DNA from: Marsupella aquatica
Taxonomy: Eukaryota; Plantae; Marchantiophyta
Assembly (NCBI GenBank): GCA_973895155.1
Contig: OZ316893.1
Span: forward strand, 2,686,430 to 2,750,429
Reading direction: 5' to 3'
Length of the DNA: 64,000 nucleotides
In this document: positions 41,841 through 55,149 of the stretch, piece after piece
Layout: every line of letters begins with the position of its first letter
How positions within the stretch are numbered: the first letter of the stretch is position 1
The notes under the pieces: model-generated
Told to the model about the DNA's origin: nothing
The model's input: only the letters and a program-made list of their open reading frames with translations
Databases searched by the model: none
Translations under genes and position numbers: made by a program

Positions 41841-43529
41841 TATAGTCAGGTAACCCAGTGCCCACCAACTCACTAGTCAATGTTCACCAGGAACGCAATC
41901 ACCAGCTCACCCTTGAGTTGACCCATCTATGAGCTCTCAACGTGATTATAACTAGACATCAAGCTATTGCTAATCCAATTTAATTGTTGTTGCAAAAAAG
42001 TTGGATGTGCAGTGCTCAGGAGAATCACTACAATCAGTGTTGTTGTTAGCAGAACAGACACTAATAACTAGGCCAGCAATCAGTGTTGTTGTTAGCAGAA
42101 TAGACACTAATAACTAGGCCAGCAATCATGTCTCCTTATATTTTCTTATGCACTCTCTTTTGCACTTTGCCAACATGCCCAAGCATATTTCTTCCTCTGC
42201 CAAGTTCCTATGTAGCACATGAGGAGATAAAATAATCAGAAGACAGCATCTGGCCTATTGGACAGGATGACATGAGATATGGAGGGAATGGGTGGCAGAG
42301 ATAGAGGCAATGACACTGTCAAAGTCACAAAACTACTTTGTTACAACATCAAAAATTCAAGAATTAAAGAGACACTCTCAATTTTTCCAGGATATCAAGA
42401 ATTCCAAAAATAATCGAAGACATCCAATCTGTGATACGAATTTTCTTCTTGTGATGGGGAGAGTTTTTCTAGGGAAAGATTTTACTATCCTCGAATTGAT
42501 GAAGATCATGTACAATGCGCATAATGAGTAAGTTGGTTTTCCTACACCCTTTTGTGGATGGAGTGACTGTATGTTTGTACCATTAGTGCCAAAAGCCCTG
42601 ACAATGTTCTTTGATATCAAATTGAAGGCAGAGAACCCTAGTGTATGCTATTTCTTTGCCTTCACTCCTCGTAGCAATAGCCAACCTGCAAAAGCCATTA
42701 ATTAGCGTGAAGACACATGAGAGAATTCATGGTCATATATGATAGGCCGGAAGGTGCCTTTTGAAGGGTTCTACAAACATAGATTTTGATTCTACGCGTG
42801 CAAGGCTTAAACAAATTTTAAATTATTACCTGGGAAAAACATAAAAACCAAATTACAATTTGACACATATAGGGTTTAAACAAAATTGTAACCTGGGCAC
42901 AACAAAAAAACCAAATTACAATTTTATAGCAAAAATTTTATATACACATTTTCAAATTGGCTAAAATATGTACTAGCAAGGTATTGGAATAATGCACACC
43001 TATATTTCAGTGGCATATAGAAGTCAGCTCCTAGGGGGGTCACTTCCACGGAAGTGGCATATCAGGTGCGACAAAGTATAGGCCCATTTAAATGGGTGTG
43101 GCCTCAAGGGCCTCAATCCAAGGGGTGTCCCATATCACGCACGAAGTTTGGGGGAAATAAACACCCTAAAACTTAAGTCAATAAAGTTTTTTGAGGAACT
43201 TTGTTACCTTTAACTCGATAGAATATTCCCAAATTTGATTTCCAAAAACCCTATGATTGCCCACACAGGCATGACTTTATGGTAGTTCACTTAAATATAG
43301 ACTGATAGGTCTTGGGTTCAACTATTGTGGCTGACTCTTCCCTTTCTATGGGGTTTCATAGATTTCCTCCTTAGGGGTTTCACTTCCATAAAAATGACAC
43401 ATCACGTGCGATGAAGGATACAGTCATTTTATTGGTTCTAAGGGAAGACTTAAGAATTTATGCAGAAGAACAATAGGGTCTTTTAAATTCTATTTTTGTT
43501 GGGTATTTACTCTTACGTCTAGGTTAGGT

Positions 43530-43660
43530 ATGACGTGGTTGGTACAACAACGTGGGTTGGTACAACTACGTGGTTAGGTACAACTACGTGATTAGGTACA
43601 ACTAGGTGGTTAGGTACAACTACGTGATTAGGTACAACTATGTGGTTAGGTACAACTAAG
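43530..43660. repeat. 18-bp tandem array inside the LTR (also at ~49604-49734)
   Basis: About 7 copies of GGTTAGGTACAACTACGT and variants. Confidence 0.92.
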
Positions 43661-45071
43661 TTGCACACTATATCATAAGAGGCATGTGTGCTTGGAGAGG
43701 TAGAACCAAGGCTCATTGTTATGGAGCCACTTGAGAGATAGGGAGAGCTTACACTGTGGAGACTCGGTATAGCCGACGGGCTTAGAGTTCAGTAAAGCTC
43801 TCTTGTGTGTTCCCGTGGACGTAGCCTCAAGGAGGTGAACCACGTATCTCTTGTGTCGACTATTGTGCGTTGGATGGTTCATGGGCTTGCCGTTGCGATC
43901 GTCGTCTATGCTCAACAATTGGTATCAGAGCATGCTTGGGAGGTGACGTATGTTCGTGACGGGATTTCATGACGGTTTTTCCAGCGTTGAGTGTTGGTGG
44001 ATTTTCCAGAGTTCCATCGCATGGAACTTGGAGTTTATGGGCTCAACGGATAGATCAGGGCAAGAGCTTTCTAACGGTGTGAAGAAATCGTTGAACGGAG
44101 CTCGTGGTGCAGAGAGATCTAAGTTTTTGTCGTTCTGGATTTTGTGAAGAAAGTTGGCAATCGACTCGGAGGGAGAAGCGTCAAGTGTTTTGACTCAACG
44201 GAGAGATTGAGGCAAGACGATTGTTTTTGAGTCCGGGATTGGCTCTTTGATGCAAAGAGGAAGGCTAAGCAAAATCAATTACCTTGTTGGACTTGGTGAC
44301 GGCACCAAGTGCAATTGATCAACATTCGTTGTTGACAAGGTACCATTTATTTCTCTTTGAAAAACTGATTCGAAATTGGCTATGGCAATTGAAAGAAATC
44401 TGTCATCTTTACCAATTTTTTTCTCCCTCGTTCTTTCCTCGTTTTGGGTGCTTCTTATATCGATCTTCATCGCCTCGGAGTCTAGTTTCCAAATCTGAAA
44501 TCGGATCTTGATTTCGTCAAAACCCGAGTGAGATATCTTGCGTTTGGTGTCGAGGGGTACATTCTGCCGTGTGTATTTTCTGCGCGCGCGACCAGATTTC
44601 GACGACGAAGGGTGGTAGGGGGTTTTGGGGGTTCGAGGACACATGTCAGCCCCTCGATTGTTCTTCCAAAATTCCCACAGGGCCTGTACAAGGGTCATAG
44701 AATATTCCAAAAAACCAGAGAGCTATTTTTTGACCGTCCGACAAAGATTTCATCCGCCGAACGGTAACTTTTTTGGTTATTTTTCGGCGAGGTCATAGCC
44801 ATTGAAGTTGGCAATGCAGCGCACCAATCACATCGCAATTCCGACAACGGGTTGTACTTGGTATTTCGGTTATTCCCTGAGGTGGTCAAAACGGGGGAGT
44901 TTCCCAAGGTTTTACCCACCTCGACCAAAATTTGAATAACTTTTCCGTCAAATTTCGATTTTGATTTTGGTTTTCAGTATTGGACTCCTAGCTTTGTGGG
45001 CTACGCGGCGGTGTTGAGTTTCGAGTTTTTTGAGAAGTTGTGAAAAACAACATTTTTTGTGACTTTCTCAT

Positions 45072-46106
45072 ATGAGTGATTCGGAGGAGTTTTTCGAAGA
45101 CGTGGAACTTGAAGCACGAGGATCACCGCGGAGGTTTCAGGGGCAGAGAGAGGAGCAGGAGGAAGAGCACGTGACACCGATACCATCACCGGTGCGGCGT
45201 GTGGTGGAGGAAGCAGTACTACTACCGGAGCTCACGGTAAAGAAGAAGATGGGGACTTTCAAGCTTGGGGGACCCAAGTATGAAGTGACAAAGTATGATG
45301 GGCGCTCTGACTACTTGCTATGGGAGAAGCAGGTGAAGGGAGTGCTTTATGCGTCAGGGATGGGCCAACTGCTGAGCCCTCGTGAAGACGATGTTGATGA
45401 GAAACAATGGGACCGCATGCAGGAGCAGGGAGTGTGGTGTGTTACACTCTATCTCATGCCTCCCATCATCAAGCAGTTAGGTGCACATAAGGATTGCATG
45501 TCCTTGTTTGCGGAATTGCAGAGCAAGTATCACCGCAAGGAGTTGTCGAACCGGCTCTACACTTCCTACAAACTGATGAGTTTCAGGATGAAGGAATCTG
45601 GTACGAAGTTGCAAGACCATGTGGATGCTTTCAACGACATGGTCGTTGACTTGGAAAACCTTGGGGAGACTTTGAATGATGAGACGAAGGCTCTGCAGCT
45701 TCTTAGTTCATTGCCTCCATCTTACCAGTCCCTATCACGAGTGTTGTTGCATCGTGATAGGGATACCATTTCATACAATGACGTGGTAAGTTCTCTGCTT
45801 AGTGATGATCTTCAGCAGAAGATGCACATCACGTCACAGCCTTCATCATCTGGTGTTGCCCTCAATGTTAACCGTGGGAGGAGTATGCAGCGACCAACTG
45901 GGGACCGTAGAACCCAGTTTAGATCTAAATCCAGATCTAAGTCCAAGGGTAAATCCCCTCAGAGGAGGCAGGTGACATGTTGGAAGTGCAACCAAGTTGG
46001 ACACTTCAAGCGAGACTGTAAGGGAAAGGCAGCGGAAACTTCATCGGCAAATGTGGCTAGGGCTGATGGAGAAGCTGATTTACTCAATGATGAGTATGTT
46101 TTATGA
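45072..46106 (+). CDS. gag: Copia Gag with CCHC zinc knuckle
   Basis: KYDGRSDYLLWEKQVK, LLSSLPPSY, CWKCNQVGHFKRDC. Confidence 0.92.
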   Translation: MSDSEEFFEDVELEARGSPRRFQGQREEQEEEHVTPIPSPVRRVVEEAVLLPELTVKKKMGTFKLGGPKYEVTKYDGRSDYLLWEKQVKGVLYASGMGQLLSPREDDVDEKQWDRMQEQGVWCVTLYLMPPIIKQLGAHKDCMSLFAELQSKYHRKELSNRLYTSYKLMSFRMKESGTKLQDHVDAFNDMVVDLENLGETLNDETKALQLLSSLPPSYQSLSRVLLHRDRDTISYNDVVSSLLSDDLQQKMHITSQPSSSGVALNVNRGRSMQRPTGDRRTQFRSKSRSKSKGKSPQRRQVTCWKCNQVGHFKRDCKGKAAETSSANVARADGEADLLNDEYVL

Positions 46107-49100
46107 AGCTGGGGGTATGCCCTGTGCACGTCATCTAGGAGAGCAGATGATGTGTGGATTCTTGATTGTGCTTGCTCTTTTCATATTTGTTACATTCGTG
46201 AGTTTTTCAGTTCTTACTCTGTTTCAAACGGTTCAGTTCTGATGGGAAATGATCACTCCTGTCAAATTGAGGGAATTGGGTCTGTGAAGATTCAAATGTT
46301 TGATGGCGTTGTGCGCACAGTGTCCGGAGTCAGGTATGTACCTGGCATGCGTAAGAATCTGATTTCACTCGGTGTGTTGGATTCAAATGGTCATCAATGG
46401 AGCGTTATTGATGGTGAACTTCAAGTCAGGTCGGGAGAGACAGTGATTTTGAAGGGGAGTAGACAAAAGAATTTGTATGTGTTACAGGGCAATACTGTAT
46501 GTGGAGAGGCCAATGTAACCAAGTCTCACGAGGAGATGACTCAACTGTGGCATTCACGGCTAGGCCACATGAGTGAGAAGGGTTTGGCTATCTTACGGAA
46601 GAATGGACTCATTTTTGATTTGCAATCTTGTAAATTAGAGTTTTGTGAGCATTGCATTCTTGGAAAGCAGCATCGTCGTGCTTTTGGTGTTGGAACTCAT
46701 CGTTCCAAAGCGGTTCTTGAGTACATACATAGTGACGTGTGGGGTCCATCCTCGACTCCCTCACACTCTGGAAAGTTGTACTATGTATCATTTATTGATG
46801 ATTACTCAAGATTTGTGTGAATTTATTTCATGACGCATAAGTCTGATGTCTTGTCCATTTTTAAGAAGTGGAAGGCCCAGGTGGAGAATCAAACTGGAAA
46901 CACGATCAAGTGTTTGGATACAAGGGTGAAGAGTCTGAGGTCAGACAATGGCGGGGAGTACACTTCAATGGAATTTGAAGAGTACTGTTCAGAACAGGGG
47001 ATAACTCGCCATCTCACCACAGTTTATACTCCGTAGCAGAATGGTGTCGCTGAGAGGCTCAATCGGACACTGTTGGAGCGGTCACGGAGTATGTTGAGCC
47101 AATCAGGTTTACCACAAGAATTTTGGGCAGAAGCTGTCAATACCGCAGCTTATTTGGTAAATCTTTCTCCTTCTAGTGCTATCAATTTCAAAATGCCGTT
47201 TGAGATGCGCTATAAGCGGCAAGCAGACTATCATGGCTTGGTAATTTTTGGAAGTGATGCATATGCTCTCACACCAAAGCAGAATAGGACCAAGTTGGAT
47301 CCTACCTCCAGGAAATGTGTTTTTCTTGGGTACCAGAGTGGTGTGAAAGCCTATAGGCTATGGGATCCTATTGCCTGTAAGCTCGTTGTCAGTAGGGATG
47401 TTTCCTTCAATGAATCCAGATTATTGAAGGAGGGGGAGAATACTCAGGTCTCCGGTACTGACAAAGGAAAATCTCCTATCCCGGATCTCGTTGAGGGGGA
47501 GATTGGTTATGAGGTGCATGACCGGAGAGAAGGAGTTGCTCCAATTATGGAGCTGGTTCCTATGCCAGAGGAACCAGAGAAGTTTGTTGATGCTGGTGAG
47601 CAACAAGTGGATGCTGTTGAGCTTCAAATTGTACCAGCACACGCAGATCAACCGGAGTCATCGGCTAGAAGAACATCTGGTCGCACTGTACGCGCTCCAT
47701 CAAGGTATGGACAGTGGGTTGATTCATCTCAATTGCAAGAGGATGATTTTACAGCTGATGATGAGGGTGATGCGTTAATTTTGGAAGAAGGAGAACCTTC
47801 TTCATTTCATGAGGCAAGTGCTTCAAAAGAGAAGCAGAAGTGGACTGCAGCAATGCAAACGGAGATGCAGTCACTAAAGGATAACAAAACTTGGGAGCTT
47901 GTTAAGCTGCCTAAGGGTCAGCAAGTGGTGGACAGCAAGTGGATTTACAAGCTGAAGGATAATTCCATAGGAGGTGGATCGAAGGTCTACAAGGCTAGAT
48001 TGGTAGCAAAGGGATTCACACAAGAGAAAGGTGTGGATTACAATGAGGTCTTCTCACCAGTTGCTAAGTACTCTACAATACGACTATTGTGTGTACTTGT
48101 TGTAATGTTTGGTCTGCTCCTAGATCAGATGGATGTTGTCACAGCTTTCCTCTATGGCACATTGGAAGAGGTGATCTTCATGAGACAACCGCTAGGTTTT
48201 GTGAAGAGAGGACAGGAGGAATTGGTTTGCAGATTGCTGAAATCCTTGTATGGGTTGAAGCAGTCACCAAGACAGTGGAACAAGCGGTTTGACGATTGGA
48301 TTCGGTCATAAGGTTTTCACAGAAGTGTATTTGACCCTTGTGTGTATTTGAAACCGGTGAAGAATGTTATCTTTGGGTTCATTGTTTTAGTACTTTATGT
48401 GGATGACATGCTAATTGCAGCCAAGGATAGGTCTGAGATTGTTAAGCTCAAGGCATTGCTTAGTGCAGAGTTTAAGATGAAGGACTTAGGGCCAGCTAAG
48501 AGGATTTTGGGTATGGAGATCACTAGGGACTTGGAGGCTGGCAAGCTATGGTTGACGCAGAGCAGTTATGCGAGGAAGGTAATTGCAAGGTTCAACATGG
48601 AGAATAGCAAGCCAGTAAGTACCCCGTTGGCTCCATACTTCAAGTTATCATCAGCGTTCTGTCCTACGGATGACACAGAGAAGGGGTTGATGTCAAAGGT
48701 TCCATATGACAAGGCAGTGGGGAGTCTCATGTATTTGATGACTTGCACTAGACCTGATCTTGCCATGGCTATAGGCAAGGTGAGCAGGTACATGTCGAAT
48801 CCAGGGAAGGTACACTGGGAAGCAGTGAAGTGGATTATCAGGTACTTGAAGGGTACCGTGGATCATGGTCTTTTATTTGATGCGAATGCAAAGAATGCTA
48901 GATCATTGATTGGCTATGTAGATTCTGACTATGGACAAGATTTGGACCGAAGGAGATCAACAACAGGATACGTGTTCACACTTGGCGGTGGATGCATAAG
49001 TTGGAGGTCTACTTTGCAGAAGTGTATTGCTCAGTCTACTACAGAAGCGGAGTATGTTGCAGCTGCGGAAGCAGCAAAGGAAGCGATTTGGTTGGATAGA

Positions 49101-49379
49101 CTTATCACTGAAATGGGATTGCCACAGGGGAATGTGAAGCTCCATTGTGATAGTCAAAGTGCGCTCCACCTTGCTGTGAACCAGGTGATGGACAGCAGAG
49201 TGAAGCACATTGACGTCAGGTACCATTTTATCAGGCAGGCTGTGTCTGATAATTTATTTGAGCTAGTCAAGATTGATGGTAAACTCAACCCGGCTGACGC
49301 ATTTACCAAAGTGATTCCTTTGGAGAGTTTCTCTAGACACCGTGACGTATTGCAGGTTTTGCAATTGCATCACAAGTAG
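46107..49379 (+). pseudogene. pol: Copia Pol (PR-IN-RT-RNase H) with in-frame stops
   Basis: WILDCACSFH (PR); WHSRLGH..CEHC, HSDVWGP, FIDDYSR, RSDNGGEY (IN); [28 protein letters not shown] (RT); GYVDSD, TEAEY, ADAFTK (RH). Stops at 46818-20, 47034-36 and 48309-11, all in the gag frame. Confidence 0.93.
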
Positions 49380-52300
49380 AGTTTTCTTAAACATTCATTG
49401 TAATTACTGATATATGCTCTTCCTCATTCCTATGTATTAGGCTACGGCTTAGTTCTGGTTTGCTCTAGTTAGAGAGGGAAACCGGTTTGGTTTCTGTCCA
49501 GAACTTCCCGCTGAGGGATCATATACATTGGCAGTATTACTCTCCCCTAGACCAGAGTCAAGGGGAAGATTGTTGGGTATTTACTCTTACGTCTAGGTTA
49601 GGTATGACGTGGTTGGTACAACAACGTGGGTTGGTACAACTACGTGGTTAGGTACAACTACGTGATTAGGTACAACTATGTGGTTAGGTACAACTACGTG
49701 ATTAGGTACAATTATGTGGTTAGGTACAACTAAGTTGCACACTATATCATAAGAGGCATGTGTGCTTGGAGAGGTAGAACCAAGGCTCATTGTTATGGAG
49801 CCACTTGAGAGATAGGGAGAGCTTACACTGTGGAGACTCGGTATAGCCGACGGGCTTAGAGTTCAGTAAAGCTCTCTTGTGTGTTCCCGTGGACGTAGCC
49901 TCAAGGAGGTGAACCACGTATCTCTTGTGTCGACTATTGTGCGTTGGATGGTTCATGGGCTTGCCGTTGCGATCGTCGTCTATGCTCAACAATTTTGAGA
50001 CTTATAAGAACATTAGGGTCTTTTTTATCTAATTTTTGGAATATTCCAACTTTTTAGGGGTTAAAAAATTAAAAACAATTCCTTGCATTTTAGGGGGCCA
50101 AGGCCTAAAAACATCGCAGGTGATAGGGAGGTCCCCATATAATAAGACCCCCAAGATTTCCACTTTAAATTTTATTTTTTTAAACCATATGATTCTTATA
50201 ATTCTCAAAACTAGATTAAAACAACCCTTGAGTTCGTCACAAAAATTTAAAAGTATTTCACTAAACCCAATTACGAAACTCTATATTTATTTGCGCGTGA
50301 TGGGTTGGAAGAAAAGAAATGAGGAGCTCGGGGGTGTAGCGGAGGACTTCCAAAATTTTGCGGAAAAACAAGTAGGGCATGCTTTATTGATTGGTTTACT
50401 TGAAAGAAAACAATTTGCCTATTAATTATAAAACTATTTCCTTTAGATTTTTTAACAGTTTTTTAATTTTAAAATGGCAAAATTTTAAGTTAAAAGGGTG
50501 TTGCAAAAAACAATATTCACTTATAAGTTAGAGGGTCAAACACTAAAACGTTGCACATGATGTGCCACTTCTATGGAAATGACCCCCCCTCCCCCCTTCC
50601 AGTGGAGAAAATTAAAGATGGGTTGGAAGAAAAGAAGTGATGACCCCATGCTTGTATCCTGAAAATAACATGATGGTGATCCCCCAAGCTTTAATCTTTC
50701 AACTTGCTTAAATTTTTTTGTCACATACCAAACTGAAAGGACATTAATACATTATATCCTAATTAGTTCATGGACCCCTTGAACTCCTGAAAGTCCACCT
50801 TCCCATTACCGTCCGCATCGACTTCCTTGATTATCTGCTGACACTTCTTATAACTATGTCCTTCTTTCATGCCCAAGCTCTTCAACACCATCTGCACGTA
50901 GATGAGGCCCTTAGTGAACCCTGCTAAGTAAAGCTTGCTTCTCTTTCGTTCTCTCGTGCCTCATGCGTTGGACAATCTAACAGTAGCAAGAGGCATCACT
51001 GAGTTAGGAACTGCAATGATGACGCCATGGAAAAGAGTGTTGAGTGATCCAACATAGAATCATGTCCACTTCTTCCTTCATGGCAGCAGAAGGTTGAGAA
51101 AATTGCCACGATTCCTTTGTCATCAGATCAACTTGCCAAGAGAGATTTAGTTATTATTCAATTGAAACACAATTCAGAATGCGGGTGGACAGCGGTTACT
51201 CAGGGGTAAAAAACACGGAAGGTGGGCCTCCTACTAATTAAACAGTCTGTTACCTAGGGTAAATAAAACGATTATTTTCAAACATTTTTACATCAAGGTT
51301 TACCGCATGGCGTCCTCAATTTTACCAAAATCCTGCCACAAACACAAACCATGAAGTAATTTTGTTTTGTAAACCAATTCATACCTGTTTGGAGTGCGTC
51401 ATGATGATGTGGCGTGCTGTGGAGTCTCAAATTTGGAAGGGACCTCTAGTGGGGTCCGTAATTATATATTAAGATTGTTACCCTTGCAATATGTAGCTTA
51501 CTCTAAGGCTTTACCAGATTTTTTGAGTTTTATCCCTCATTAAGACTTTTATTCCTTTGCTATAAGGGGGGCCTTTTTTGTTTGCTTTTTGGACTTCTTG
51601 AGTAATCTCTTGTTTTTGCTTGTCATTTGGGTCTTCTACCATTGAGATCATATCTCCTTGATTAGCATTTTTTGTTCTTTGATAGTGTGATAGAGAAATG
51701 TTAGGCAATTTTGTCTTCAATCTAGAGTTATGACTCTTACCATTATCGTAAGAAATTATAGTATATGGTAAATAGCTTGGTTGTGTGCAACAGTAGCAAA
51801 ATAGTGATTTTCATAAAGATATTTGTAAGACTTTCTATGATAAAAAATACATGTTTGCTTTTACCAAAATAAAGTTATAAACCTTAGTAAATTTTGGAAA
51901 TGATCACGCTAACAAATAATTTCTAGAATATATAAAGGTAAAAAGGTAACATATTCTAGTAACTTCTAGAATTTAGTATAATGAATACTAATTTCTTGAT
52001 TTTTTAGGGTAAAAAGATAAATTCTACTAACTTCTAAAATTACCATAGTAAATAGTTATTTCTAGAACTACCATGGTAAAAAGGTAAGTCCTAATAAATT
52101 TTTAAAAAATATAATAGTAAATAATATTTTACAGAATTTACCACAATTAAACCTAGAAAGTTTTAGTTAGTTCTTGTATCTTCTAACATACTCTTGTAAA
52201 AGAACCAATGTGGTATGACTCCAACTACAAATAAGTGGTAGGCTTGTTTTCTAGTGGGTCCAATTTTTAACATTTCAAGGTATAAATTTGAGAATAGAGA

Positions 52301-52394
52301 GTATATATATTGTGTGCATTAGGGTTTGCATTGGATAAATGCTTGAACATTGGTCCTAGACTTAAAGGAATGACTATGTCATCGGTTATTATAA

Positions 52395-53400
52395 TGTTAG
52401 GTTATGTCTCAAGTATAACCTATATACTTCTATAGTACCAACTATACTTTAGTGGACTAGGATAGCACTAGTCTAAGTTCCAGGTTCACATAGACCATGA
52501 GACGGGTATACCCAAGGGGAACACACACTTGTGCTCACACTTAAAGGTTCACTCTTTAGGATAGAGAGTGAGAGAGTGAGAGGAGGAGCTCTAGGTCGTT
52601 GGTTGTGGCGGGTGTAATCATTTCACATTATTGGATTCTGCTCACAACCATGAACGTAGCCCAGACATGGTAAACCACATACTTTTAATTAGTGTCTGAG
52701 TCTATGGATAAATGTTCACACTTGTTGATGTTGTCTCATTCAGTCTAGACCATATCCCAACAATTGGTACAAGAGCTTGGGGACCAAGACTGAGAAGCGC
52801 TTAGGGCTCATGATGACCAATTTGTTGTATTTGGTGCGGGATGTGAGTGTGAATCTTCTTTTGGGCAGTCACCATGGAGTGTTGGGCAGAGTAGCTTAAG
52901 CTCTTGTCGGTTCCTATGTTATTTAGTTCCCAATTTTGTTGGAGGATTGCAAGCATTTTGAAGGTGGGAAGAGTTATTTTTGTGTTCGACAATTTTTTTC
53001 AATGTGAGCACAATCTGGGTTTGTTTGTTTGTTTTTGTTGTTGATTTAATCTGGGGAGTTACATACGGAATGAGGATTAGTTTGCAACAATTAGAAAACA
53101 CTTTGGTGGTGTGTACGACCAGTAATTTTATTTCAAAGTTTGTTGTTAAGCTTAGGTCTAGCCATAGCTTGGAGGTCAAAGTGGTGGTCGTAGAATCCAA
53201 AATTCATTGTCTTGGGTCGCACATAGGCTTGTTGGAAAGATCTCATTGCGCTCATTTTAACCATATAAATTATAGGTCAATTGGAGACTGGACGTCCGAG
53301 ATACGGGCAGTCAAAGTGAGTTTGACTTTGGCTGCATGGCAAAGCACGGGAAGGGTGACAGGGGGTAGTGGGGGTGGCAGGGTGCTTCATGTGGTGAGGT
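52395..53400 (+). mobile_element. Degenerate copia-like 5' LTR with PBS and leader remnant
   Basis: TGTTAGG at 52395; ..CCCAACA at ~52762 followed by TTGGTACAAGAGC (PBS-like); internal CCATGAACGTAGCC..GGTAAACCAC resembles the 43497 LTR. Confidence 0.5.
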
Positions 53401-53604
53401 GCAAGAAAATAGGCATTGTCCTATTTGTTGCAAGTACCACATGGCATTTTGCCCCCTGCACAGGGCCAAACGGCCCCTGTACTTTTATTCCATATATTTT
53501 CATTTTCCATTGATTAACATTCACAATGACAAACCCATGATTTACCACTTATTAACATTCACAACGACAAACCTATGATTTACCACTCATTAACATTCAC
53601 AACT

Positions 53605-53924
53605 CGTGACCAACCCATGATCATTCAATGCACAAGTAGTCAACACAAAGAGATACATGGTTCATCTCAACTGAGGCTATGTCCATAGGAATACACAAGA
53701 GCTTTATTGCACTCTAAGCCCATCGGCCACACTGAGTCTTTGCAAATACAAGATCTCTCTACTCTAAACTGGCTCCGTAACAATGACCTTGAGTTCCTAC
53801 TATCCAAACAAACACGGCTTTGGATATAGTGTGCAACATGACTAACCTAACCAAGTCTGCAACTAAGGTTAGCCCTAATTACAGTTACAGTTGTAAGTCT
53901 AGACCTACGAGTAAATGCTTAGCA
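53605..53924 (-). mobile_element. Degenerate LTR of the same family as 43497/18518
   Basis: Reverse-complement similarity: CCCATGA..GAGATAC..GGTTCA..TGAGGCTA.GTCCA..ACACAAGAGCTTTA..GGCTCCGTAACAATGA..GATATAGTGTGCAAC..GAGTAAAT. Confidence 0.72.
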
Positions 53925-55149
53925 AAAGCTATGGGTTAAAAAAAGAACAAAAAACTTATTTTGTGCTATTTTAGGATTTTAATTACCAAAACTGTTGTGC
54001 TATAATTATCTATGTCAACCTAATGCTCCCCAATTTTCTTGGGGCCTCGTATGCTGCCCGTCCTAGTCCCGAATGCGTTTTGGTAATATTAAACTTTAAT
54101 CTGCAATCTCTAAAGAAAAAGTTTTGCATGATGCTTGGGCCTCAATGAAAAGTCCCCTGCCCAAAGACATAGATCGCAACTCCATCTTCAATCATAGCAG
54201 CAGATTTTCTCTCAAAGAAGGTTTTCCATTTTTTTGTGACCAATACAATACTAGTGGCAACACATTTGAACAAAATGCCCTCTAGATATCCAAGCATAGT
54301 ACCAGAGCAGACCCAAAGCCATTATGCAAAGGCAATCATTCAAGATTATTCATTTGGTCCATCTACCTGAGTTGGTTGGGCTCAATCCTAACTTTCCAAA
54401 AGTAATAAGTGATACTAGAGCTGACCAGAAAAGCTTGGATTTGGAAGGGAGCTATTTGAGTCCAAAAAGGTTTCTTGCGGTTCATCTGGGCATGTTGTCA
54501 AATGACTAGGTCCATGGGCCCTTCAGTTTTCACCCTTGAAGATTCGGGCCAACTTTCCTTCAAGTTAAGATTTTACCTTTTCCACCAAGAGGCAAGCAGG
54601 GACAAATCTAAAAAATGCCCTTGCCCATGTGATGGGGCACCCTCGTCCATAAAGTAGAGAAAAAATAGTAAACGAAAATTCAGGGAGGGATTCACGATAA
54701 AACGAGTTGAAAGATTCGTTGGAATGCAATCCATTTGTGGTGGAGAGCCGCTCCTCAGCTCCTGTGGTGTTGAATTCCTCGACATAGCGTCCAAGACTTT
54801 GTGGTAAAGTGCTTCTGAACACTGTTCCGACACCAGTCCTATCTCTTCCGTCATCCAATCTCTTCCCTCGAAGCCACAATCTCTCCCCCCTTCGTCTGCT
54901 TCCGATCAGTAGCTCACCGTTCGATGTGCGCCGCTTTTGAGCAGCAACTATCACGGCTCACAAAAAGGAGAGTAGACTGGGGAGAGCCAACCAAATCATC
55001 AATCGCTGACGGGATTCCTGCTTTCTCACGCATTCCCAATCTGGCCACACTCGAGAACCATACAGCTTCTGTAGCCACAACTCAATTGCAGTCCAGGGCT
55101 CTCTCTAGAGCTTCTGTAGCCACAACGCAATTGCAGTCCAGGGCTCTCT

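Larger units (their letters stand above)
43497..49991 (+). mobile_element. Full-length Ty1/copia LTR retrotransposon
   Basis: 421-bp LTRs 43497-43917 and 49571-49991 (TG..CA; only 2 differences seen); TSD ATTTT; PBS TGGTATCAGAGC (tRNA-iMet) at 43920-43931; PPT at ~49554-49570; gag-PR-IN-RT-RH order. Confidence 0.98.
43033..50590. mobile_element. AT-rich non-autonomous TIR element(s) split by the copia insertion
   Basis: GGGGGGTCACTTCCACGGAAGTGGCATATCA (43034) is the inverted match of TGATGTGCCACTTCTATGGAAATGACCCCCC (~50559-50588). 43110-43190 also matches the reverse complement of 1150-1230. Confidence 0.55.

Noticed and set aside
43519-43716. (VVPNH)n ORF in both LTRs
   Set aside because: Translation of the 18-bp LTR array, with no evidence of coding.
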